Of a DNA stretch of 64,000 nucleotides, positions 28,420 through 37,740 are shown piece by piece. The stretch spans positions 1-64,000 of the IMG/VR virus record IMGVR_UViG_3300035698_017305; one strand, written 5' to 3'. The position numbers and the translations under genes are program-made. Source of the stretch: a virus. Each line of letters begins with the position of its first letter. Positions within the stretch are counted from its first letter, which is position 1. Below the pieces are notes generated by a model, which ran no database searches, was not told the DNA's origin, and saw only the letters and a program-made list of their open reading frames with translations.

Positions 28420-28671
28420 TTACGCCAGATCATACCGCCTCAGGCTCTCGATGCCCTCTTCTGTGTACTGACTCTTGGGGTATAGCAGTATCACATCGCT
28501 ATGCCAGGGTTCCCCAAAGTCCAGCCTGTGCTCTCTGGTAGGAGTGTAGACAGGTTCTTCAACCTCATCCTCCGGTTCCGGTTCACTGCCTACAGGTTTG
28601 GCCGTTATGGCCTCTACTGCAAACGCCATAAACCCGACTAGCACTAACATTACCAACACAATGTCAAACAA
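28420..28671 (-). CDS. Small membrane-anchored protein
   Basis: TTG start after GGAGG; N-terminal TM. Confidence 0.6.
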   Translation of the reverse strand: MFDIVLVMLVLVGFMAFAVEAITAKPVGSEPEPEDEVEEPVYTPTREHRLDFGEPWHSDVILLYPKSQYTEEGIESLRRYDLA

Positions 28672-28683
28672 CGTCCTACCTCC

Positions 28684-29124
28684 TTAGTCTAGGAAAACTG
28701 TTTCTGCCTTATTCGTCTTAGGGTCCCAGGTCAACCTCAGTGTCATGGCGGTGATGCAACCAACTCCGTCAAACTTGTAGGTCTTACCGTCACTGGACAC
28801 AAATGGGTATAGCCACACCGAGTTACCCTTATGAACCGTAACCCTGGAGCACCTACATCCATTATGCGGGAAGTAACAGTGGTCGATACCGACAGGACCT
28901 ATCTTCACTTGGGTAAACACGGGCATGGGCAACATGAACCCGGAGTCCATGATAGCGTCTACCAGCTCTTCTGAAGATTTTTGTATCACGTCTACCACAG
29001 ATAGATCTAGCTTCTCCTGAGCCATTTTGCGTATTTCTAACCGACTGTGATATTCTACCCAATCCCTGGTCAATTTGCGCCAATCAACTTCACATACATC
29101 CTCACTTAGGAATTCCATAGTCAC
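28684..29124 (-). CDS. Hypothetical protein
   Basis: 146 aa ORF. Confidence 0.65.
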   Translation of the reverse strand: MTMEFLSEDVCEVDWRKLTRDWVEYHSRLEIRKMAQEKLDLSVVDVIQKSSEELVDAIMDSGFMLPMPVFTQVKIGPVGIDHCYFPHNGCRCSRVTVHKGNSVWLYPFVSSDGKTYKFDGVGCITAMTLRLTWDPKTNKAETVFLD

Positions 29125-29149
29125 CTACTCTTTCTACTTATTGTGTTAA

Positions 29150-29221
29150 AGCGGATGATGGGAGTCGAACCCACAACCTTTAGCTTGGAAGGCTCCTGCT
29201 CTACCATTGAGCTACACCCGC
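29150..29221 (-). tRNA. trnG: tRNA-Gly(TCC), weak anticodon stem
   Basis: GCGGGTG acceptor; loop CTTCCAA; two G.A mismatches at top of stem. Confidence 0.85.
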
Positions 29222-29516
29222 AGATGACCGCTGGCAAGTTGTCTAAGGGGACGGTCAACTCCCTTTGTCCCACTTATACCCGGCATGCCTTTACCTGATG
29301 TTAGGTGGGATCAGAATAACGAAGTAGTTTACAGGACAAGGGGGAGAGAACGATGAGCCGTACACAGGATCAGAACATCGGGTAGACTCTTCAAAGAATC
29401 CCTAGTCGTCCTACGTCGAACACTCACCTGCCTCCTCTCCCCCTTGTGGTTCCTGAGGGTGACTATGATATCATTGTCGGACAGTTGAAGCTGACCTCGC
29501 CACCTTTTTCGTTGTA

Positions 29517-29588
29517 AGCGGACAGTGGGATTTGAACCCACGGCAACCTGCATGGCAAGCAGGTACTCTACCACTGAGTTATGCCCGC
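29517..29588 (-). tRNA. trnG: tRNA-Gly(GCC)
   Basis: CCTGC-TTGCCAT-GCAGG. Confidence 0.95.
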
Positions 29589-29589
29589 A

Positions 29590-30660
29590 CATAGGGAATG
29601 GAGTTACTCGGCAAGAAGCCTACACAGGTCTCGAATCTGGGATTCAGTATTCACCTTTTCGGGTACTGGGTTGTTCCCCTATCCCACTTGCCGCCAATCC
29701 GCGTGTCCCTATTCTGAGTACGATACCACAAGTGTGCTGTCACGCCAAAGAACATGTCATCTCACTCCTCGTGACCCGTCTACCCACATCCCTTTTGAGA
29801 AGCGAAGGAACGGATGTAGGACCGGTGTGTCTCCGGTAGGCGTGGCATGCCCGAGTTTAACCTAACTACGCAGCCGTAGTGTGGCCGGACATGTCAGCAG
29901 TACCCTTGCAGGAGCCCCTATCAGGCACACCCGGAACTCATTCGACAACCACGGCCAATGTGGCGGCAAATGACCGGACCTTTAGTTCTCTCCCTACGGG
30001 CCTGTGCGATCACAAAGGTTCACTCATTATAGGCAACCCTTCAACCCCACTGATACTAAGGTTGTTGGGAAGGGACGGTTAATTCCATCCTGGCTGCTTC
30101 TAAGCCCACCTCCTGATGGTATTCGTACCACAGACTGGGTTGTGAGTTTCCAGCTCACGTCCCGCCTGATTATTGATTAGTGACAGCATAGGTGTGCTGT
30201 TACGCCAAAGAGAAACCCCTTTCCTGTCGCTGAAGGTTACCTGTCCCTAGGAGACTGGTAGGGTTACTTCCACATTTACCCAAGCCTTGAAGTTCACATC
30301 CTGTTACCAGACACACTCCGTTCCTCGCTTGGTGCTTCGTCTCACTCCTTAGAAGCGACTTGACATCCAGAGATGTCAAGAAGGGACAGTTAATTCCGTC
30401 CTGGCTGCCTCTATGCCAACTTTCCTATGCTATCGAATGGGTAGGTGGTCTTTCAGATATTTTTGCATACTTTTTGACATTTAAACAGTTTGTCCATTTA
30501 CACATTACATCCTACACGCCTTACGTCTGCAACATAAACCTTATTAGGGTCGATAGTGTTTGGGATCATATCAATTCGCCTTCACCCAGGAGGCTAGCTA
30601 TACTTTCGGGTATAACGCCTACTCGTGCTTAGGCACGTCTTCTCTTACTCAACCCGCCTA
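29590..30660 (-). ncRNA. Large (~1 kb) structured ncRNA, GOLLD-like candidate, with two 23S-rRNA H43/H44-like domains
   Basis: No credible ORF; many stems; repeated GGC(T/A)TAGA(A/G)GCAGCCA...TTTGGCGT(A/G)ACAGCACAC; ends approximate. Confidence 0.7.
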
Positions 30661-30669
30661 CCCAAGGCG

Positions 30670-31206
30670 TTATAGTTCCATCTCTAGATAGTCCAGGTCA
30701 GCAGCTTCCAATGGGATTTCCAGTTCCAACGCATTGAGTTTAGACAATCTGGCCTGCAACTCTCTCTTCCTCTTCTTCAGCCCCTTGATCTGGAGCTTTA
30801 TACTGGCACGGCTGTCCAAAGGTCTCACCTCTACCTCGGTGATTACCTTCAGCCCGCCGTTTACTTCAACGCTGCTTCTCTTGGATGCTTCCGATCCTTC
30901 CAGAGCTACATCACATAAACCCAGTAATTCCTCAGTGTTCTTGATATCCCGCACAGTTTCACCCACGCCGTTGTTTGTGTTGAACGCGGCGAGGTGTGTG
31001 TTAACCAAATTGGACACTCGGAATGCGGCCTTGACCTTGGGCAGATATGTATCGAAGTCATCCATCTCCCCACGGCCTTCTACCACTACCCCATCGTTTA
31101 AGACCTCATGGTAGGCTACTCTGAATCTGGATTTCCCCAGCAAGGCGTTAACCACCTGCATAATTTCATTCTTGATAGGTAACCATTCGTTCACCGTTTT
31201 TCTCAT
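30670..31206 (-). CDS. Hypothetical coiled-coil protein
   Basis: 178 aa; SD AAGGAG. Confidence 0.7.
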   Translation of the reverse strand: MRKTVNEWLPIKNEIMQVVNALLGKSRFRVAYHEVLNDGVVVEGRGEMDDFDTYLPKVKAAFRVSNLVNTHLAAFNTNNGVGETVRDIKNTEELLGLCDVALEGSEASKRSSVEVNGGLKVITEVEVRPLDSRASIKLQIKGLKKRKRELQARLSKLNALELEIPLEAADLDYLEMEL

Positions 31207-31255
31207 ACGTTTTACTCCTTAATTGTACGTGGGCCCCTCTGCCTGTCAGAGTTAA

Positions 31256-31343
31256 GAGCATACCGGGATTCGAACCCAGACCAATGCCATAACAGGTAGG
31301 AATCGAACCTATGGGGGAAGCTAACCCGACCGACTCTTTGCTC
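31256..31343 (-). ncRNA. tRNA-like element with two T-loop hairpins and no anticodon arm
   Basis: GAGCA/TGCTC closing stem; TAGG-TTCGATT-CCTA and CTGGG-TTCGAAT-CCCGG. Confidence 0.55.
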
Positions 31344-31398
31344 AAGGCCCTTTATTTATAGTAACATTCGTCCTGTTAGTGTGCATGTTTTTGGTTAC

Positions 31399-31514
31399 TG
31401 TTGATGACCTGGGGCAGGATAGTTCTAGCCGCAGAGGGGCACCTAGATGCATCTAGATACTCCGTCCGTCCTTTCCGCCATGCTTGCAGAGGGCACTAAC
31501 ACAGGTCATCAACA
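31399..31514. other. Structured element closed by a perfect 13-bp inverted repeat
   Basis: tgttgatgacctg/caggtcatcaaca enclosing two GCAGAGGG(G)CAC copies and palindrome ctagatgcatctag. Confidence 0.6.
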
Positions 31515-31686
31515 ATATTGTTTCAGGCAGGAGGCAACCTACCGAGGGACTGTAACTCCCGAGGGTGTGCCAAGGGCGCAGGCGCTGCGGGATATCAGCT
31601 CCCTCAACTTTGTCTCCGGAGACTCTATTGAGTTTGCTCTAGACAGTATCATCTTAGGAATCGAACCTAAGCTCCATGCCCTTGTA

Positions 31687-32040
31687 TGGTGGAGGTGGCG
31701 GGAATCGAACCCGCGTCCGCGAACACTTACCGTGCTCATCTACGTGTGTGTCCAACCTTTCTATCCTGAAAGACATGGTTGGCAACGCTTTCAGGACCCC
31801 ACTGCCTTACCCGTGTGGGGAACACCGGGACGGGTTTTGTCAGCTATTACCCGATACTGACAACCGGGGAGTCTAAGGTGACGTTCTAGCCTACAGCGAC
31901 TCTCCGTAGGTAGACCGCGCTACTCTCTAAGCAGCGATGGGAAGTTGATTTTCGGCAACTATCTAGGTTTGTTCTGTAACGTAGAACATCCGACACGCAA
32001 AGCACGACTCAATTATTCCCGTCGAATCCAGGTCACCCCC
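31687..32040 (-). ncRNA. ssrA: tmRNA, tag (A)AENQLPIAA
   Basis: GGGGGTG..GGATTCGACGG 5' end; CACCTCC-A-CCA 3' end with G3.U70; ATAGTT resume context then GCC GAA AAT CAA CTT CCC ATC GCT GCT TAG. Confidence 0.95.
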
Positions 32041-32045
32041 ATAAG

Positions 32046-32118
32046 AGCTCGGGACGGGACTTGAACCCGCGATCACCAGATTGAAAGTCTGGTGGCTTAA
32101 CCACTGGCCTACCCGAGC
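32046..32118 (-). tRNA. trnE: tRNA-Glu(TTC)
   Basis: CCAGA-CTTTCAA-TCTGG. Confidence 0.95.
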
Positions 32119-32124
32119 AAAGCA

Positions 32125-32427
32125 CTATTTCTTTTTGGGTTTTATCTTAACCTTGACCAAACGCCGAAGCTCTACTGTATCTCCATCCAGTAAATCAAGC
32201 AAGCGTGTTTTGAGATTTTCGATCTTAGCCTTCAGCCCCTTCTTCTCACCTTCTGGTAGGGATGGTTCAGTTAACTTCTTGACATGCCGACGTACCTGAG
32301 CGGCTAGCTCTGCTGCCTTAGACTTACGTATGGACTCAGCTCTTACACTGACCTCGCACATCTCAAACAACTTAGAGGCGTCGGCTTTCTTTGCAGCAGC
32401 CTGTATCGCATCCCGAATATTTTCCAT
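32125..32427 (-). CDS. Small basic helical hypothetical protein
   Basis: 100 aa ORF. Confidence 0.65.
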   Translation of the reverse strand: MENIRDAIQAAAKKADASKLFEMCEVSVRAESIRKSKAAELAAQVRRHVKKLTEPSLPEGEKKGLKAKIENLKTRLLDLLDGDTVELRRLVKVKIKPKKK

Positions 32428-32520
32428 GGTGGAAGGTTCCTTTCCGTGTGATTTTGCTTCATATTCCTTATGTCAGGATTTACAGCTAAAAAGCGGGGGG
32501 GTTCCCCCACTTAATTCCAC

Positions 32521-33576
32521 TTATGCGGTAGTAAAGATCTGCTGAATCCTCTCATCTTCCCAGTATACTTTGGGTGGTTCCTTGCCAACCCACGGTGGGG
32601 GCAACTTTTCAAGATGAGAATGTCCTAGCAGAGCTTCATCATAAGGTCTGTCAAAGTCTAGACCTTCTAAGGCTCTCCATACAGGGAACAAATCCCGTAG
32701 GAATTGCTTGACCATGTAGCGTAGAGCCATGTTGTGCATGTGCCCCTTCCAACCCTTCTCATCCTTACGGGCGAGCAGGTCCTCCCTATGGGCAAGCCTG
32801 TAACGGTATTGATCATAGATTTGTCTGTAGCGTTTGTGACCACACTTAATCAGGTTAGCGGACATCACCCCGATCAACTTAGTTTTGAGCGTAGGGTTGA
32901 AGGTGATAGCCTTCTTTGTCTTCGTCTCACCCGCCGCATTAAGGTACTCCACATCAACCAAGTGCTCTGCTCTACGACTCCTGCCTAGCCCGTCCTTTGC
33001 AACGTCTAGACCTGCATACTTCCACAGACTGGATACGTGCCGTGCTTTGTGGATGTCAAACTCGGCGACTATGATACCACCCATGGCGGGGCCAATACCA
33101 CTGATACGTTCCAAGTATTCATTCCAGATAGGAAACTCTTCCAGCCCCATCCTGATAAGGCTTAGTTGTTCCCTTTCAACCCGTTCCAGCGCGACGTAGT
33201 GTTCCACTAGTTTGAGGGTGGCATAGTCTCCTATAACCCCGTCCCCTTCAAACTTGTGTGGTCTGATCCGTACAACGCCGTCTGTGATTCTCTTGTACGA
33301 CAGCTTCAGTGTCTTGAGGGTAGACTTGGCTTCCCCGCTGAGCTCATCCTTTTCAGCCTTCCCTGGGATCTTTCCGTTCTTGACCTTCCAGCTCTCTACC
33401 ACTCGGTTCCCCAGACCTATCCGTGTTTTCTGGATGTCCAGGTTCCCTCTGACCTGTGCTCTGAACCTCATTCGAGGTCCATCTGGGTCCACCACTGGGT
33501 CTGGAGGAGGAGCTTTTGCCTTCGGTTTGACCTTCGGTTTGACCTTGGATACCCTGGATTCTGCTGCTTCTCCCAT
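32521..33576 (-). CDS. IS110/IS116-like (Nop-related) protein lacking a RuvC-like DEDD domain
   Basis: FPIWNEYLERISGIGPAMGG..VAEF...SSLWKYAGL...A.R...K.FL; N-terminus is Pro/Lys low complexity. Confidence 0.7.
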   Translation of the reverse strand: MGEAAESRVSKVKPKVKPKAKAPPPDPVVDPDGPRMRFRAQVRGNLDIQKTRIGLGNRVVESWKVKNGKIPGKAEKDELSGEAKSTLKTLKLSYKRITDGVVRIRPHKFEGDGVIGDYATLKLVEHYVALERVEREQLSLIRMGLEEFPIWNEYLERISGIGPAMGGIIVAEFDIHKARHVSSLWKYAGLDVAKDGLGRSRRAEHLVDVEYLNAAGETKTKKAITFNPTLKTKLIGVMSANLIKCGHKRYRQIYDQYRYRLAHREDLLARKDEKGWKGHMHNMALRYMVKQFLRDLFPVWRALEGLDFDRPYDEALLGHSHLEKLPPPWVGKEPPKVYWEDERIQQIFTTA

Positions 33577-33585
33577 AAGTTCCTC

Positions 33586-34239
33586 CTACAAGGTGGTCAT
33601 AGTGGCGAAGTCCATACGCGTCACCTTGTTGAATGTTCCACCGTTGATGTGCTGTTTGATAACGCCTGTGATAATACACGCGATACCAAATGCTGTATAG
33701 ATGATTGCTCTTTCCGTGCACGGTGCAGGAGTAGCCTCACTACTGGGATAGAGATTCTTTTCGTACATCTCTATGTCATCTGGATCGGTGGGGTCCACAG
33801 CGTACACCTCAGCATACTCTGCTCCCATGCGGGCTTCGATGAATAGGGGGATGTTGAAGTTGGACTTGCAGGCATTCCATATCTTGATACGGGTATCCAT
33901 TGAGTCAACTGCTACCACCACGGTACCTTCCAACTTTTGACTGGTGTACCACATAGGTTTGGTAGTGAGGGACGTGTCATGGAAGCACTTGACGATTTCG
34001 TTCATCGCCACCACCTTCATCTTACCCAGGTCTTCCTTCCGGAACATTTGGTTGGGGAGGTTGTGTGCTTCCACCTTATCGTTATCCCATACCGTCACCT
34101 TGCTTACACCCATCTTAGTGAGGGCAAACGTGGTGGGTGAACCTATTCCACCGACTCCGATGATGTGGACTTCGTAGTCTTTGATGGCGTCGGCACGGAG
34201 AATTCCGCTTTGACGGCAATAGATATCGCTTGCGAGCAT
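33586..34239 (-). CDS. ThiF/E1-like activating enzyme (set 1)
   Basis: IGVGGIGS, WDNDKVEAHNLPNQ, AVDSMDTR, ARMG, CTER. Confidence 0.9.
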   Translation of the reverse strand: MLASDIYCRQSGILRADAIKDYEVHIIGVGGIGSPTTFALTKMGVSKVTVWDNDKVEAHNLPNQMFRKEDLGKMKVVAMNEIVKCFHDTSLTTKPMWYTSQKLEGTVVVAVDSMDTRIKIWNACKSNFNIPLFIEARMGAEYAEVYAVDPTDPDDIEMYEKNLYPSSEATPAPCTERAIIYTAFGIACIITGVIKQHINGGTFNKVTRMDFATMTTL

Positions 34240-35225
34240 TGTAGTATGTCCTTTAAGTGGGATTTCTTCGTGTACAAGTATTCATCTAGTTCAATGATAC
34301 CATTGTCACCTTCAGATTCGTTTATGAAGAGGTCATCAAGTAGCTCCATCATCTTTTCAGATGAAGCTTGGACGATGCTGGCTAGGCGATTTGAATCTCC
34401 GATGACAGGCTCTTCCTTAGGCATATCCACCCAAGTGTCCTCTATCTCATCTTTTACCTTTTCTGCCGCGAGATCTTCTGCCATGAGTTCTTCTTCGTCC
34501 CCTACTACGTGAAGACCCATTTCCGCCAGCTCGTCCTCCATTTTTTTTGCTAGAGACTCCTGTAGATGTGCATCCATCTCCAGGTCTCCATACTCATCCT
34601 CCATGTACATGTTGTGAGGACTGCATAAGCCACGGGGGTCACCCCTACCGTTGCCCCTAGCAGTACCGTTACCACCGGGCCATGGACCTCCTTGACCGTA
34701 GTGGTGGGTGTGTACAGGTAAGGCTCGTTTTACCTTCTCTTCAATCTCTGCTTTGGCTATAGCCATCTCATCTATATTCACCTTCAGCACTGGGGTGATG
34801 AGTACATTGCTAACTGTGAGTCGCAACGGTTTGTACACGTCCACCCTACAGGAGTATTCCCCCCTCTTGTTCATGCACAACGATATTAGGAACGTATCGT
34901 TCTTCAGATCGTCGTCGATGGTGGAGTCGTCTACTGATGAGAAGGCGGTGTCCATGTCAACGTGTGAGTGCTGCCATAGGCGTAGTAGCACAGGGTCTAC
35001 CCCCGCCTTGTCTAGGTCATACACTAACTTACCGACATCATCTTGGTCCATATCCGTAGAGGCCCCATGACATTCCTGCTTAGGCAGGTACACATCAGAT
35101 ATGTGGAGCTTATTTGGGCGGTTCTCATCTTGGTGCACAATCCCTAGAGAGGACATCTCAATAGGGCAGGCGCTTACCCAAGCTTTCAGCTTATCCCAAG
35201 CTTTCTGGTCAATAGTAATTTCCAT
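34143..35225 (-). CDS. JAB/MPN peptidase (set 1) with acidic C-terminus
   Basis: E...WQHSHVDMDTAFSSVD (HxH-x7-S-x2-D). Confidence 0.85.
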   Translation of the reverse strand: MEITIDQKAWDKLKAWVSACPIEMSSLGIVHQDENRPNKLHISDVYLPKQECHGASTDMDQDDVGKLVYDLDKAGVDPVLLRLWQHSHVDMDTAFSSVDDSTIDDDLKNDTFLISLCMNKRGEYSCRVDVYKPLRLTVSNVLITPVLKVNIDEMAIAKAEIEEKVKRALPVHTHHYGQGGPWPGGNGTARGNGRGDPRGLCSPHNMYMEDEYGDLEMDAHLQESLAKKMEDELAEMGLHVVGDEEELMAEDLAAEKVKDEIEDTWVDMPKEEPVIGDSNRLASIVQASSEKMMELLDDLFINESEGDNGIIELDEYLYTKKSHLKDILQCSQAISIAVKAEFSVPTPSKTTKSTSSESVE

Positions 35226-35230
35226 ACAAT

Positions 35231-37648
35231 CTACTCCTGGTCTTCTTCTTCTTCTGGTTCTTGCTCTCTCAACGCTTCTACCAACTCGTCTCCAATGGCG
35301 TCCAACATGGCTGCCGAGACAGTCCCTGCGTCTATGACAGCGGGTACCGGTGGTATTCTGAGTGTTGCCTCATTCAGTACTCTATGTACGGCCTGTATCG
35401 CCGCATCCCTAGCTGGGGTTTCCTCAGTCATAATTGACGGTGATATAACTATAGGCTCAAGTGCCTCACCTTCTGCGTCCAGGGCGGCTTGGAAACTATC
35501 CCTCATACCCTGTAACTCTGGGGAACCTTGTGCTAGCTCTACTATGCTTGGGTCTATCTCCAACACATCCTCAAGGGACTCCCCACTGCAACGGTCTACT
35601 TGCTCAACCGCAGAATCAACCTCAGCTATGTAATTCATAACTTCTTGGGCTCCTGGACTGTCCAGTGGGCCATACGGTACCGGTTCCTCATCTGCCATGT
35701 CCTCATCCCCAATGATCATCTCGTCTACAACCCTAGCAAACTCCCGGTCTTCCTCACTACGAATTTCAGTTGTTACACTAATCTCGTAAGGTTCAGCTCT
35801 CCCATATGACCAAGGCACAGTTGTTGAATCGTGGGCTGGAGGCATAGTCGGACTAGCGGCATCTACATGTCTCTGTGGAGCCCTGGGTGCTGCCACAAAC
35901 CCATACTGATTAAACCCATCACCACTGTCAGGTTGCCCCTCAACTACTTCAACTCCTACCTGCGGCGGTTCCACAGCGGCCTCAGATGCAGTTGAGTGTG
36001 CACATCTCGGGGATATGGTGCACCGAGCACAAGCTTGGGACCTATTTACCCTGTCGTAACAGAACTGTTGAGCAGCGACAATGGGGTAGTAGGGGCAGCC
36101 CGCTTGGTGGCATTCGGTACCCGATGAAGAAGATCCACTCACACGTCGTCTCTGTAAACAACTAATAGGTCCGGTCTCACCAATCTGTTGACCGTTTTGA
36201 CACGCGGTAATGCTCCGGTCTGTCCCTTCAGTGCAGTCATCCCTACTAGAACAAGTAGCACACTGAGACCAGTCACCTTCTTCTTCTAGATACTCAGCGC
36301 ACCTAGTGTAGCCAGAGTCGAAGTGGGGGCAATTCTCATCATCACAGACAGCGCAATCATGGTAACCGCTGTTTTCCCAACAACTATCCCGTCTGTTATC
36401 ATCGTCCTCATCTTCGTCATAGTCCTCATCATCACTGCCCCCATCACTGCCCCAGTTAGCAACCCTGACGTAGGAATCGTTGTCATTAGCATGGCGGAGG
36501 TAATCAGCTATTAGAGCCAATGCTGCCGCATACTCCTTGGTCTCTATCAGGTTCATTAACTGGTTGTCAATATTACCTAGGCAAGGGATACCAGAGTCAG
36601 AAATGTGCGGGTGACCAGAGCTCCGCCTGAACTTGGTGTCGTCCTGTTGATTTATCTTGAGGGCCCCAGTCCTGTCGTTGAGGGTTACCTCAAACCACCC
36701 CACGTCATACTTTACCCCATCATTCTCTCCAACGATGATGACCCTGGGGGTTGTGGCTACTATGTTGTCCTCTGATACCCTGATCTCTCTGTACACGTTG
36801 GGGATGAGTTTACACATAGCACCAAACTGGCCATCAAACTGAGACTTTTCCGAATCTTCAAAGTAGAGGTTGATGGACTTCATCTCTACCCTCTTCTTAT
36901 CACGCTCTCTACCCAGGACTAGGGCTTTTTGTCTCAGCTCCCTAATCTCGTGTCCAGCGGTGGTAATCTCCAGGTGAATGGCTGCAACCCTCTCCGATAC
37001 TGTCTTTCTACGCGTCCTGATGAAGTCCTCTTTGAGCTGTGTTGGGTCCCACACATGGTCTAACTCCTTGGTCAGCATCACCTCAATAGCCGCCCAAAGC
37101 CAGTTTACAGGGGCTTCTACGTCCGTACTGGACATATTTCGGAAACTTAGGGGTAAGAAGATATGACTACCCCCGTAAGAGAATCCGAAAAGTCCCGCCT
37201 CTTCTACTGGCGGGATTAGCTCAAAGGGTGTGCCTTCGTTTACATGCAAGGCTGTGTTGTATGGGCTTGAAATGACTCGTACCCCAGCCCCCAGGATTCT
37301 CCTTTTGGTCGCGTTTAGATCAGAGTAGAACTTAGCGTAATCAAATACTTTCGTTTTGACCTCAATGATCTTGTCCTTGACCTCGGTCCTGAACGTCTTC
37401 ATATCTCCTGACGTGTTGGATTGTACATATAGATGTAGTCCACGCCTCAGTACCATGTACCCTTCCGGATCTCGGTTGGTATACCCTTCAATCGGGTGAT
37501 CCCCAGCTAGTAACCGGGATAGTGGCTGTTGTAAGTCACATTCCGTATAGATGATTGGGATCCCCTTACTTGAGGAGAAGAACTCTAGTTGAGCCTTTAG
37601 TGCTGGGGGTGGTGCCGTTGTTGTGTTTTGTATCTCCGCTGTCGGCAT
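35231..37648 (-). CDS. Large protein with prokaryotic E2-like domain and Cys-rich region
   Basis: HPHISDSGIPCLG followed by helical YAAALAL..YL; many CxxC C-terminal to it; start re-placed at MPTAE. Confidence 0.75.
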   Translation of the reverse strand: MPTAEIQNTTTAPPPALKAQLEFFSSSKGIPIIYTECDLQQPLSRLLAGDHPIEGYTNRDPEGYMVLRRGLHLYVQSNTSGDMKTFRTEVKDKIIEVKTKVFDYAKFYSDLNATKRRILGAGVRVISSPYNTALHVNEGTPFELIPPVEEAGLFGFSYGGSHIFLPLSFRNMSSTDVEAPVNWLWAAIEVMLTKELDHVWDPTQLKEDFIRTRRKTVSERVAAIHLEITTAGHEIRELRQKALVLGRERDKKRVEMKSINLYFEDSEKSQFDGQFGAMCKLIPNVYREIRVSEDNIVATTPRVIIVGENDGVKYDVGWFEVTLNDRTGALKINQQDDTKFRRSSGHPHISDSGIPCLGNIDNQLMNLIETKEYAAALALIADYLRHANDNDSYVRVANWGSDGGSDDEDYDEDEDDDNRRDSCWENSGYHDCAVCDDENCPHFDSGYTRCAEYLEEEGDWSQCATCSSRDDCTEGTDRSITACQNGQQIGETGPISCLQRRRVSGSSSSGTECHQAGCPYYPIVAAQQFCYDRVNRSQACARCTISPRCAHSTASEAAVEPPQVGVEVVEGQPDSGDGFNQYGFVAAPRAPQRHVDAASPTMPPAHDSTTVPWSYGRAEPYEISVTTEIRSEEDREFARVVDEMIIGDEDMADEEPVPYGPLDSPGAQEVMNYIAEVDSAVEQVDRCSGESLEDVLEIDPSIVELAQGSPELQGMRDSFQAALDAEGEALEPIVISPSIMTEETPARDAAIQAVHRVLNEATLRIPPVPAVIDAGTVSAAMLDAIGDELVEALREQEPEEEEDQE

Positions 37649-37740
37649 GTTGGGTTCCTCCCTAAATAAAAGGTGGGGGTGGGGGAAAAGGAAGGGGGAG
37701 TGCTGTCCTCCCCACATCCTACGCATCCCCCCGGAATGCT

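Noticed and set aside
30091-30115. 23S rRNA gene fragment or host contamination
   Set aside because: Match is limited to H43/H44 words, is duplicated and carries large insertions; flanks are phage tRNAs and ORFs
32521-33576. Active IS110 element or TIGR-Tas locus
   Set aside because: No DEDD domain, no recognisable element ends and no adjacent 36-nt array
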